Origin: Dehalococcoidia bacterium
GTDB lineage: Bacteria; Chloroflexota; Dehalococcoidia; Lucifugimonadales; UBA2985
Direction: 5' to 3'
NCBI GenBank assembly: GCA_965204895.1
Contig: OZ242025.1
Coordinates: 428,902 to 492,901, forward strand
DNA: 64,000 bases
The notes below the pieces were generated by a model. The model ran no database searches and had not been told where the DNA came from. It saw only the letters and a list, made by a program, of their open reading frames with translations. Positions 35,601 through 43,649 of this stretch are shown in pieces. A program made the translations under genes and the position numbers. Position 1 is the stretch's first letter. Every line of letters starts with the position of its first letter.

Positions 35601-36377
35601 CTAGGGGGTAACCTCAAAGGTCCCGAACATGGTGGCGTTGTGGCCCGGGAAGGTGCACACGAACTGGTAGGTTCCCGCCTCCGGCGCCGTGAAGGTGACC
35701 TGGGCGGACTCCCCCGGGCTGATCAGGTTCACGCTGGCTACCACGTTGGGGTCGTCCGGGCCGATCCAGTTGACAGGATCCACCAGCCCTGCGGTGGCAA
35801 CGTCGTCCTTGGTGCCGTCCTGCACCAGCACCCAGTTGTGCTGCTGGGTGACGGCGTTGTTGGTGAACCTCACGGTAACCTCTGCGCCGGCAGCCGCCGT
35901 CATGGAATCGGTAGTGAACACGAACTCGTCGCTGCTGGCGGAGCCGATCTCATGGGTCGGCGCGGCCATAGCGGCGTCAGCGGTAGTGCCGGTTGTAGTA
36001 TCGGTGGTTGTGTCAGTGTCGTGGGCGACCGTATCGGTCTCCTCCGGCACCGCAACGACGATCCTTTCACCGGAGACAATGGCGAACAGGGCCATGAGCG
36101 CGAGGATGACGGTCGTCGCCAGTAGCAGCCCGCCCACGAAGAACCCGGAGAAGAGCCGGTGGTCGAATTTCAGGTGCATGTAGAACATCCCCACCAGCGC
36201 GAACTTGACGGCGGAGAGGAGAACAAAAGCGGGTATAATGGTGGATTTCAAGCCCGGAGCGTAGTCCGGCACGTAGAAGATACCGAACTCAATGGCCGTA
36301 ATGATGGCCAGTATCGAAGCTATCTTCGCGTAGGTTGCCGGAGTGGGATGGCCGGCCTCGTGGGCGCTACTCTGCAT
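35601..36377 (-). CDS. cytochrome c oxidase subunit IV (CtaF/COX4_pro-like) fused to an azurin/auracyanin-like type-1 copper domain
   Basis: N-terminus: 3 TM segments with VKFALVGMFYMHLKFD. A Thr/Asp-rich linker follows. C-terminus: QQHNWVLV ... FVCTFPGHNATMFGTFEV (His, Cys-x4-His-x4-Met ligand set). Confidence 0.8.
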   Translation of the reverse strand: MQSSAHEAGHPTPATYAKIASILAIITAIEFGIFYVPDYAPGLKSTIIPAFVLLSAVKFALVGMFYMHLKFDHRLFSGFFVGGLLLATTVILALMALFAIVSGERIVVAVPEETDTVAHDTDTTTDTTTGTTADAAMAAPTHEIGSASSDEFVFTTDSMTAAAGAEVTVRFTNNAVTQQHNWVLVQDGTKDDVATAGLVDPVNWIGPDDPNVVASVNLISPGESAQVTFTAPEAGTYQFVCTFPGHNATMFGTFEVTP

Positions 36378-36422
36378 AGCTCATCTCCTCACATACGCAC
36401 AACGACGGTCGAGCTTGGGTTC

Positions 36423-37037
36423 TCACTTGCCGAACACACCTATCAGATAAACCGCGGTGAAGATGACAATCCACACGATGTCCACAAAGTGCCAGTACAG
36501 GGCGGCTAAGTCCACGCTCAAACCCTCATCGGGGGTCAGGTCGCCCTTGAAGGAATACCCAAAGAGCGAGACGAGCCAGACCACTCCGACGGTGACGTGG
36601 GCACCGTGGAAGCCCGTCAGCGTGAAGAAGGTGCTCCCGAACAGGTTGGTGCGCGGCGTCAGATGACCGTGAACGGCGAAGTGCCTGAACTCAAAGACCT
36701 GGAAACCCAGGAAGGTGGCTCCAAGGAACGCCGTGCAGAGTATCCAGATGCGGAAGTTCCTGACGTTGCCCCTGCGTATGTTGGCATAAGCCATCACCAT
36801 CGAGAAACTGCTCATCAGCAGGACGAAGGTGCTTACCGTGGTAGTGGGTATATCCAGAACATCGGCCGGGGTTGGCCCGCTCACGCTCTGGCCGTAGTAG
36901 ATCAGATACGTGGCTATCAGAGAGCCAAAGAACATGCACTCAGAGCCAAGAAAGACCCAAATGAGCATCTTCCGGTGGTCAATGCCGGTTGTCGTCTCGT
37001 GTTCCGGGGCGTGCTCCATGGCTTGAGCGTGTTCCAC
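36423..37037 (-). CDS. ctaE: cytochrome c oxidase subunit III
   Basis: 204 aa with the typical subunit III TM pattern (HGAHVTVGVVWL, YWHFVDIVWI). Confidence 0.9.
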   Translation of the reverse strand: MEHAQAMEHAPEHETTTGIDHRKMLIWVFLGSECMFFGSLIATYLIYYGQSVSGPTPADVLDIPTTTVSTFVLLMSSFSMVMAYANIRRGNVRNFRIWILCTAFLGATFLGFQVFEFRHFAVHGHLTPRTNLFGSTFFTLTGFHGAHVTVGVVWLVSLFGYSFKGDLTPDEGLSVDLAALYWHFVDIVWIVIFTAVYLIGVFGK

Positions 37038-37054
37038 TTGCTAATCTCCCTATT

Positions 37055-38926
37055 CTAGTGCTCGCTGGGCTCCGATGCCGGTTCCATAGCCCAGGCGTAT
37101 ATTCCAACCATTGTTATCGCCACGCCAACTATAGCGACGATAGCGCCCGCCACCTGGCCGGGCTCGTGGAATACCATGCCGTACCCGGAGACGGCCAGGC
37201 CGACGGCGGCGACCAGGGGCCAGTACGACGGGCTGGGCATGTGGATGCCGTGTCCTTCGTCTCCGTGATGCTCTTCGTCGTCGCTGGCTCCCTGCGGGAC
37301 AGCGTGGCCGTTGGCGTACTTCTGCTCCCAGAAGGCGTCCCGCCCGTGCACTGTGGGAATGGTGGCGAAGTTGTACTCCGGCGGAGGCGAGGCGATGGAC
37401 CACTCCAGTGTCCGGCCATCCCAGGGGTCGTCTCCTGCGCGCTCGCCTTTCTTAAGGCTCCAGAAGAAGTTGTGCAGGAATATCAGGACACCAAGGACGA
37501 TGATGAACGTGCCGCCCGTGGCTACCAGGTTCCAGAGGTCCCAACCCATTTCGGACTCGTAAGTGGGCTGGCGGCGAGGCATCCCGTCCATGCCCAGGAA
37601 GTGCATGGGGAAGAAGGCTATGTTGAAGCCTATGAACGTGACCCAGAAGTTGAGCTTGCCTATGCCCTCGTTCAGCAGCTTGCCGGTGGCCTTGGGGAAC
37701 CAGTAGTAGATGCCTGAGAACACGGCGAATATGCTGCCACCGAACAGGACGTAGTGTATGTGGGCCACGATGAAGTAGGTGTCCTGCTGCTGGGCGTCGG
37801 ATGGCGCTATGGAGTGCATCACTCCGCTCAGACCGCCGATGATGAACACGAATATGAAACCGATCGCATACAGCATCGACGTGGAAAGACTGATAGAGCC
37901 TCCCCACATTGTGCCTATCCAGTTGAATATCTTGATGCCGGTGGGTATGGCAATGGCCATTGTCGTCAGGGCAAAGACGGAGTTAGCCACCGGCCCCAGG
38001 CCCACGGTGAACATGTGGTGGCTCCAGACCGCCCACCCCATGAAGCCGATGGTTATGCCGGAGAGCACCACTACGGGATAGCCGTACAGGGGCTTGCGGG
38101 AGTATGTGGGCAGTACCTCCGATATGATGCCCATTGCCGGCAGAATCAGGATGTACACCTCCGGGTGCCCGAACACCCAGAAGAGGTGCTGCCACAGCAC
38201 AACGTCAGCGCCGGCGTTGACGTTGAAGAAGTTCATGCCAAACTCGCGGTCAAAGTAGAGCTCAATCAGTCCTACGGTGATGACCGGGAAGGCGGTTATC
38301 AAAAGGAAGGAGGTCACCAATGTCATCCAGATGAAAACGGGCATCCGCATCAGGGTCATGCCCGGAGCCCTCATGTTGATGATGGTGACAATGAAGTTGA
38401 GGGCGGCGGCCACGGAGGAGACTCCCAGGACGCCGAGGCCCAGCAGGTAGAACTCCATGCCGTTGCCGGGGTTTGCGCCGGGCCCCGTCAGGGGCGCGTA
38501 GGCGAACCAACCGGCGTTGGGCGAACCGCCCAGGAGCCACCCGGACTGAAGCAGGATGGCGCCGAAGAGGAATACCCAGTAGCTGAAGGCGTTGAGCCGG
38601 GGGAACGCCACGTCCCTCGCGCCTATCATCAGAGGCACTACCAGGTTGAAGAAGGCAGCGCTGAGGGGCATGACCGCCAGGAATATCATCGTGAGGGCGT
38701 GCATGGTGAACAGCTGGCTGAACACCTCAGGGCTGACTAGGTCAAACTCAGGCCGGTGCAACTGAATCCGCATGACGGTGGCTTCAATTCCGCCAATCAG
38801 GAAGAAAATGAAGGCGGTCACCCCGTACAGTGCGCCGATCTTCTTGTGATCAACGGTTGTGATCCAGCCCCACAGCCCCGTGGTGCTGGTCGGTCTCTGA
38901 AGCACTCCTAGCGTCGTAGCCATCAC
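37055..38926 (-). CDS. ctaD: cytochrome c oxidase subunit I
   Basis: 623 aa. WFFGHPEVYILILP-type motif (LFWVFGHPEVYILILPAMG) and the HHMF and HFHYV-type (VAHIHYVLF) His ligands. Confidence 0.95.
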   Translation of the reverse strand: MMATTLGVLQRPTSTTGLWGWITTVDHKKIGALYGVTAFIFFLIGGIEATVMRIQLHRPEFDLVSPEVFSQLFTMHALTMIFLAVMPLSAAFFNLVVPLMIGARDVAFPRLNAFSYWVFLFGAILLQSGWLLGGSPNAGWFAYAPLTGPGANPGNGMEFYLLGLGVLGVSSVAAALNFIVTIINMRAPGMTLMRMPVFIWMTLVTSFLLITAFPVITVGLIELYFDREFGMNFFNVNAGADVVLWQHLFWVFGHPEVYILILPAMGIISEVLPTYSRKPLYGYPVVVLSGITIGFMGWAVWSHHMFTVGLGPVANSVFALTTMAIAIPTGIKIFNWIGTMWGGSISLSTSMLYAIGFIFVFIIGGLSGVMHSIAPSDAQQQDTYFIVAHIHYVLFGGSIFAVFSGIYYWFPKATGKLLNEGIGKLNFWVTFIGFNIAFFPMHFLGMDGMPRRQPTYESEMGWDLWNLVATGGTFIIVLGVLIFLHNFFWSLKKGERAGDDPWDGRTLEWSIASPPPEYNFATIPTVHGRDAFWEQKYANGHAVPQGASDDEEHHGDEGHGIHMPSPSYWPLVAAVGLAVSGYGMVFHEPGQVAGAIVAIVGVAITMVGIYAWAMEPASEPSEH

Positions 38927-39008
38927 AGGCCTCCCAAGGTTCTTGGGTTCTTGTTCACGGGCTCTGCCCGTTGTTTGAAAGCATTATACATCACAATCGC
39001 CACTTGCT

Positions 39009-40127
39009 TCACTTCAGGCTCAGGAGATAGGCCACCAGTTCCGTGATCTCCGTATCCGTGAGAGCCTGGTCCGGGTCGTAGTAGACCTGAGCGTCCCTGG
39101 ACATGTAGTTGCCCGGCTTCACCTGGTTGGGGTCTTCAAGCCACTCCCTCAGGTTCTCGGCGTTCAGCTCCCTGATGCCCGCCGCCATGGTGCTGCGGCT
39201 GGCCAGGTGGGTCAGATTGGGGCCCTTGCTGATCCTGAAGCCTTCCCGTGTCTCGTAGGCCTTGTTGAGCTCGTCCTTGTCAGGCAGCTCCACAACGCCG
39301 GAGATTGAGTGGCACAGGATGCAGCCGCTTGTCCTGAAGACGTTCAGCCCCGCCTTGGGCAGAATGTCGTCGTAGTCGTCGCCGGGAGTGGGCGCGTCCG
39401 CCAACTGGGCTTGCGTCCACGCCTCGTAGTCCTCCTGGGTGTCCACGGTGACGCGGAACCTCATCCAGGCGTGGGCCTCGCCGCAGTGCTCGGCGCACTG
39501 TCCGTAATACTCGCCGGGGTTGTCTCCCTGGAACCACATGGTGAGGTTCTTGCCGGGTATGATGTCCAGCTTGCCGGCCAGCTTGGGAATCCAGAAGCTG
39601 TGGAGCACGTCGCTTGAGGTCATGTTTACCTCAATCGGCGTATCCTCCGGCACGTGAAACTCGTTGGCGGTCTTCACCCCGGAGTCCGGGTACTCTATCT
39701 CCCACCACCACTGGTGGGCTGTCACGTTCACCTGCAGGACATCTCCCTCAGGGGTGTTGGAGACGTAGAACTGGGTTAGCACCGTTGGCACTGCAACTAT
39801 CGCCAGCACTATGGCCGGGGCGATGGTCCATGCGATTTCAAGTTTGGTGTTGCCGTGGGTCTGCTCCGGTATCGAGTCGTCGCCTGGCTTCCGGCGGAAG
39901 CGGAACACAGTGTACAGCAGTCCACCGCCCACGACGATCATGACGAACATCGCTGCCCAGAAGATTATCCAGAAGAGCTCCATCTGTCTCTCGGCCACGG
40001 GGCCGTGAGGGTCGAAGGTGGACTGGGGATGGCCGGGGGAAGTAAACTGGCAACCCGTCAGAAGGACAACGCCAAGGATTGTAACTAGGGAAGTGAATAA
40101 GACTACCGATCGGTGTTTTGAAGTCAC
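39009..40127 (-). CDS. ctaC: cytochrome c oxidase subunit II with C-terminal cytochrome c domain (caa3 type)
   Basis: Lipobox LLTGC. CuA site HSFWIP...CAEHCGEAHAWM. Heme c motif CILCHS. Confidence 0.9.
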   Translation of the reverse strand: MTSKHRSVVLFTSLVTILGVVLLTGCQFTSPGHPQSTFDPHGPVAERQMELFWIIFWAAMFVMIVVGGGLLYTVFRFRRKPGDDSIPEQTHGNTKLEIAWTIAPAIVLAIVAVPTVLTQFYVSNTPEGDVLQVNVTAHQWWWEIEYPDSGVKTANEFHVPEDTPIEVNMTSSDVLHSFWIPKLAGKLDIIPGKNLTMWFQGDNPGEYYGQCAEHCGEAHAWMRFRVTVDTQEDYEAWTQAQLADAPTPGDDYDDILPKAGLNVFRTSGCILCHSISGVVELPDKDELNKAYETREGFRISKGPNLTHLASRSTMAAGIRELNAENLREWLEDPNQVKPGNYMSRDAQVYYDPDQALTDTEITELVAYLLSLK

Positions 40128-40217
40128 TCTTTCGTTCCCCTTAGTTGTCAGCCGTTACAGCTTTGCTTAACCCGTACCTGCGCTGTCGGGTTGGACACCT
40201 TGTGTTAAGCGTCACAT

Positions 40218-40246
40218 ACTCTAGCACAGCGTTTTCCCATTTTCAA
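40218..40246 (-). promoter_or_regulatory. candidate promoter of the cta operon
   Basis: The minus strand reads TTGAAA (40241-46)-N17 ending TGc-TAGAGT (40218-23). Confidence 0.45.
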
Positions 40247-40304
40247 GGGGTTTCAACTGGGAGTCTGGCGCTCATTTTCAAGAAATAGCCAAGGCGCGTG
40301 CCCC

Positions 40305-40340
40305 CATCCGAACCTTCCCCCGCAAGGCAGGGGAAGGTCA
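40305..40340. repeat. REP-like hairpin (ccttcccc..ggggaagg type)
   Basis: aaccttcccccgcaaggcaggggaaggt. The same type recurs at 42231-42259. Confidence 0.6.
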
Positions 40341-40374
40341 TCGGTGTTTGTATTCCGGCTATGCAGCCAGCCCC

Positions 40375-41214
40375 CTATACCCCCAGGAAGGCGCGGGTCA
40401 CCTCTATGAACTCCTCCGGCTTGTCCACGGGCACCACGTGGCCGGCGTCCTCCACGTCCACGTTGACGAACAGCGGGTTGGCCTTGCACATGCGCTCAAT
40501 GATGTCGTCCGAGAGCAGCGGGCTGCCCAGGCCGCGCACCTCCATGATGGGGCACTTGATGGCCTCAAGGCTCCGCCAGTAGCGGTCTATGGACTCCTGG
40601 CTCTCCATGTCGGGCAGGGGCACGGTCAACAGCAGCGGGTCGGCCTTCCACGTCCACTTGCCGTCGTCGCGCTGCTTCATCCGGTCCTCCAGGTCGCTCC
40701 GCAGGCGGGCGTCCGTGGCCCAGGGATTGCCGGCCCGCGCCCACTCGACTGCCTCGTCGAAGCTGTCGAACTCCATCGGCGTCGGCGGGCGTGTGCCTCT
40801 CAGCCGCCGGGATTCCTCACTGGACTCCGGCCCGATGTCCACGATGACGACCCTCTCCACCTTGTCCTGGTGCTGCGGGGTGTACAGCAGGCTGTTCCAC
40901 CCGCCCATGGACAGGCCGACCAGGGTGACCTTCTCAAAGCCGAACTCGTCCACAAAGGCGGCCAGGTCCGACACGAACTTCTCCCGCTCGTAGCCGTCGC
41001 CGGCCCACTCGCTGCCGCCGTGCCCGCGCTGGTCAAGCGTAAAGACGTGGTAGTGATCTGACATGAACTCCGCAAACTCGTCCCAGATGTGGGCCTGTCC
41101 CGAGTGGCCGTGCATACAGATCATGGGCGGCTTGCCCTCTGTACCCCAGTCAAAGTACCGGAGCCGGACGTTGTTAACGGTGATGAACTTCTCTTGCGCC
41201 TTAACTGTGGTCAT
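40375..41214 (-). CDS. alpha/beta hydrolase
   Basis: Only the C-terminal 279 aa of the 655-aa track ORF look real. Starts MTTVKAQEKF. HGHSG oxyanion region, nucleophile elbow GLSMGG, and a C-terminal His (DAGHVV). Confidence 0.85.
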   Translation of the reverse strand: MTTVKAQEKFITVNNVRLRYFDWGTEGKPPMICMHGHSGQAHIWDEFAEFMSDHYHVFTLDQRGHGGSEWAGDGYEREKFVSDLAAFVDEFGFEKVTLVGLSMGGWNSLLYTPQHQDKVERVVIVDIGPESSEESRRLRGTRPPTPMEFDSFDEAVEWARAGNPWATDARLRSDLEDRMKQRDDGKWTWKADPLLLTVPLPDMESQESIDRYWRSLEAIKCPIMEVRGLGSPLLSDDIIERMCKANPLFVNVDVEDAGHVVPVDKPEEFIEVTRAFLGV

Positions 41215-41406
41215 GGCGTCCTCCTGTATCTGTTCAGTCTTGCTATCGCGCCCCCGTCCCAGACGCGCCGGAGGCGCTGTCATTGTAACAGCCCTCAGGC
41301 CCCGCCGCCAGACCGCCCAATTGTTAACAGGCAACTGGGGCTTTGTGATAGAATTCCTATCATTCCATCCCCGTATGGCTAAACTCGCCAAATAGGCGGA
41401 GGTCAA

Positions 41407-42210
41407 ATGCAGCGCACGGATCCCAATGTCTCCACCCGCACACTCATCGGCCAGCTGAACTCCGACATCTCGGAGTACACCCGGGGCTGCGCGGCCCTGG
41501 CCCTGGGCCAGGCCAGGGAGAAGCGCGCCGTGGACGACCTGGTCAAGGCGCTGTCGGACGAGTCCGCCTGGGTGCGAGGCTGGGCCGCATACGCCCTGGG
41601 CGAGATCCGGGAGAACCGCACGCTGAACGCCATCTGCGACGCCCTTGGCGACGATGACCTGTGGGTGCGCCAGCAGGCCGCCGACGCCGTGGTGCGCTTC
41701 GACAGCCACCTGGCCAACAGCGCCCTGCGCAGGGTGCTCCAGGGCGAAAACTCCATGGCAAAGGCGTGGTCGCTCCACGCCATCGCCCAGCGCGGCGACC
41801 CGGATTCGGCCCTTGACGTGGTGGCCTTCCTTGAGGACGGAAGCCGCGCCGTGAGGCTGAGCGCAGTGCGCACCCTCTACCGGCTGGGCCAGACCTCTGC
41901 CGTTGCGCCCGTCAGGATGTTCATGCGCGACCCGGACGAGCACCTGCGGGGCGCGGCCGCCTTCGCCCTTGGCGCGCTGGGAGACCACGAAAGCACTTCC
42001 GCCCTTACACTGGCGCTGACCGACCCCACGCCCTGGGTCAGGCGAAACGCCGCCTGGTCCCTGCTGGAGCTTGGGGAGTCCCTGCGCCTTGTGGCCTCCA
42101 TGATCGATGACACGGACGCTGGCGTGAGGTGCTTCGCGGTCAACGCCCAGGAAATGCTGCGGAAGGCGGAGGAGGCAGGGGAGGCCGAGGGGGTGCCTCA
42201 GTCTGAGTGA
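41407..42210 (+). CDS. HEAT-repeat (PBS-lyase type) protein
   Basis: Reiterated xxVRxxAAxALGxxxD units (VRGWAAYALGEI, VRQQAADAVV, VRLSAVRTL, LRGAAAFALGAL, VRRNAAWSL, VRCFAVNA). Confidence 0.8.
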   Translation: MQRTDPNVSTRTLIGQLNSDISEYTRGCAALALGQAREKRAVDDLVKALSDESAWVRGWAAYALGEIRENRTLNAICDALGDDDLWVRQQAADAVVRFDSHLANSALRRVLQGENSMAKAWSLHAIAQRGDPDSALDVVAFLEDGSRAVRLSAVRTLYRLGQTSAVAPVRMFMRDPDEHLRGAAAFALGALGDHESTSALTLALTDPTPWVRRNAAWSLLELGESLRLVASMIDDTDAGVRCFAVNAQEMLRKAEEAGEAEGVPQSE

Positions 42211-42225
42211 TAGGTCAGTGCCCTC

Positions 42226-42330
42226 ATCCTGACCTTCCCCCGCATGCCGGGGGAAGGGGTTTTGAGACACGGGCTGGCTTCCTCGCTTTTCCCGCTCATA
42301 GCCTGCACCGTACTTGATACGGGGGTGAGC
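42226..42330. repeat. REP-like hairpin cluster
   Basis: ccttcccccgcatgccgggggaagg (42231-42259) and cccgctcatagcctgcaccgtacttgatacggggg (42291-42326). Confidence 0.65.
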
Positions 42331-42364
42331 CCGTCGAACCATGTGAGAGGGGCAACCGCCCCAA

Positions 42365-42388
42365 CTGTAATGCCAGCTGTAATGCCAG
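42365..42388. repeat. perfect 12-nt tandem duplication
   Basis: ctgtaatgccag occurs twice, back to back. Confidence 0.9.
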
Positions 42389-42667
42389 CCCTAGTATCAG
42401 GATAAGGGCGTGCTTCAGAAGGGGATGGTCGTGACATTTGTGCCATCCGGCGCGGACACCATTACAAAAGTTACGAATCCATTAAATCCCTTTCTCCTCC
42501 CAAAGAGTGGACATGTAGATCAAAACGCCAACTCACAGAGATGAGTCACAAGGACGAGGTGCCTTACCAAAGGATTGCCTCTCTCATGGCTAAGCCATAG
42601 TAAATGTGAGATAATAGAAGCCCAACTGACATCTACGTGTGGTCGAAGCCACGTGACAGGAGAAGGC

Positions 42668-43189
42668 ATGGCAGACGTGTTATTTAAAGTAACGGCGCCC
42701 GGTGAAGTGGCAGTGCACGGTGCCGTGCTGCTGGCAGCATATCCAGACGGTAGATACCTCACTGGTCAGACTGGTGAGGACGGCAAATGCCAACTCAACC
42801 TGTACCGTACAGATCAGGAGATGAAGGTATTAATTGCGGCCGAGGGCTATCTACCATTCCATGAGGCCCTTGTACCAGGGAAATCGGAATTCATACCACT
42901 GAAGCTTGAGCCATCTAAGGAGGGTAAGAAGGCGCTTCTCTTCACCAAGAGCGCTGGATATATCCCAGGAATTTCGGGGCGCCTCAATCCACACAAAGAT
43001 GGTTATGTTTACGGTGACAACCTCGCCATCAACGGGCGACTTGCAACACCCGCCGCACATTTTGACATCGGGGAATCCCTCCACTTGGTCGATGTGTACG
43101 GGGTCGAGACAACCATCCGGTTTCTGATAGTTGAAGGACAATTCTCGCTTATTGAGTACACGGAGCCCAAGGCTTATCCAGAGGAATGA
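42668..43189 (+). CDS. hypothetical protein with an N-terminal carboxypeptidase-regulatory-like beta-sandwich pattern
   Basis: ATG 42668 with AGGAGAAGG upstream. VTAPGEVAVHGAVLLAAYPDGRYLTGQTGEDGKCQLNLY...VLIAAEGYLPF. No family recognised for the C-terminal half. Confidence 0.55.
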   Translation: MADVLFKVTAPGEVAVHGAVLLAAYPDGRYLTGQTGEDGKCQLNLYRTDQEMKVLIAAEGYLPFHEALVPGKSEFIPLKLEPSKEGKKALLFTKSAGYIPGISGRLNPHKDGYVYGDNLAINGRLATPAAHFDIGESLHLVDVYGVETTIRFLIVEGQFSLIEYTEPKAYPEE

Positions 43190-43578
43190 ACTTGGCCACG
43201 GCGGAGGAGCATAGAGAGATCAGCATTCAGTTCTTGGATCATGCCGAGGACGAATTACGTAAGGGCGACCTACTTCAAGCCTCCGAGAAAGCATGGGGGG
43301 CAGTCTCACACTTCGTAAACTACGTCGCGCGGCAACGAAACTGGCATCTGGGTTCACACGAGCGGCTGATTGAGAATGCCAACAGACTGATCAGTGAGGA
43401 TCCTGCTCACGCGACCCATAACCGGAGGTTGCTCCGATCAATCGAGGCACTTCACGCTAACTTCTATCAGGCGTTCTTGAACGAGGATTCGGTGAGAGAA
43501 GGCATTGAAGACGCCAAGGAACTCATTAGAACCTTGGAAGACTTGGGCACAGACACAGCAGATGCCCGGGGTGACTAG
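43186..43578 (+). CDS. PaREP1-like / HEPN-superfamily protein
   Basis: 130 aa. RKGDLLQASEKAWGAVSHFV and LLRSIEALHANFYQAFL match the PaREP1 pattern and contain an R-x5-H motif. ATGA overlap with the upstream gene. Confidence 0.6.
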   Translation: MNLATAEEHREISIQFLDHAEDELRKGDLLQASEKAWGAVSHFVNYVARQRNWHLGSHERLIENANRLISEDPAHATHNRRLLRSIEALHANFYQAFLNEDSVREGIEDAKELIRTLEDLGTDTADARGD

Positions 43579-43589
43579 ATTCGGCATAG

Positions 43590-43598
43590 TGATAGAAT
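43590..43598 (+). promoter_or_regulatory. extended -10 element upstream of valS
   Basis: TGaTAGAAT, 52 nt before the valS ATG. Confidence 0.4.
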
Positions 43599-43649
43599 AG
43601 TGGCACAATCGCATCACTAACCCGGTAGTCAAGGCTGGTCCTTACAGAC

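Noticed and set aside
40375-42342. A 655-aa minus-strand ORF.
   Set aside because: Only the last 279 aa (from ATG 41214) form an alpha/beta hydrolase. The upstream part is antisense to the HEAT-repeat gene and crosses an intergenic region and REP hairpins.
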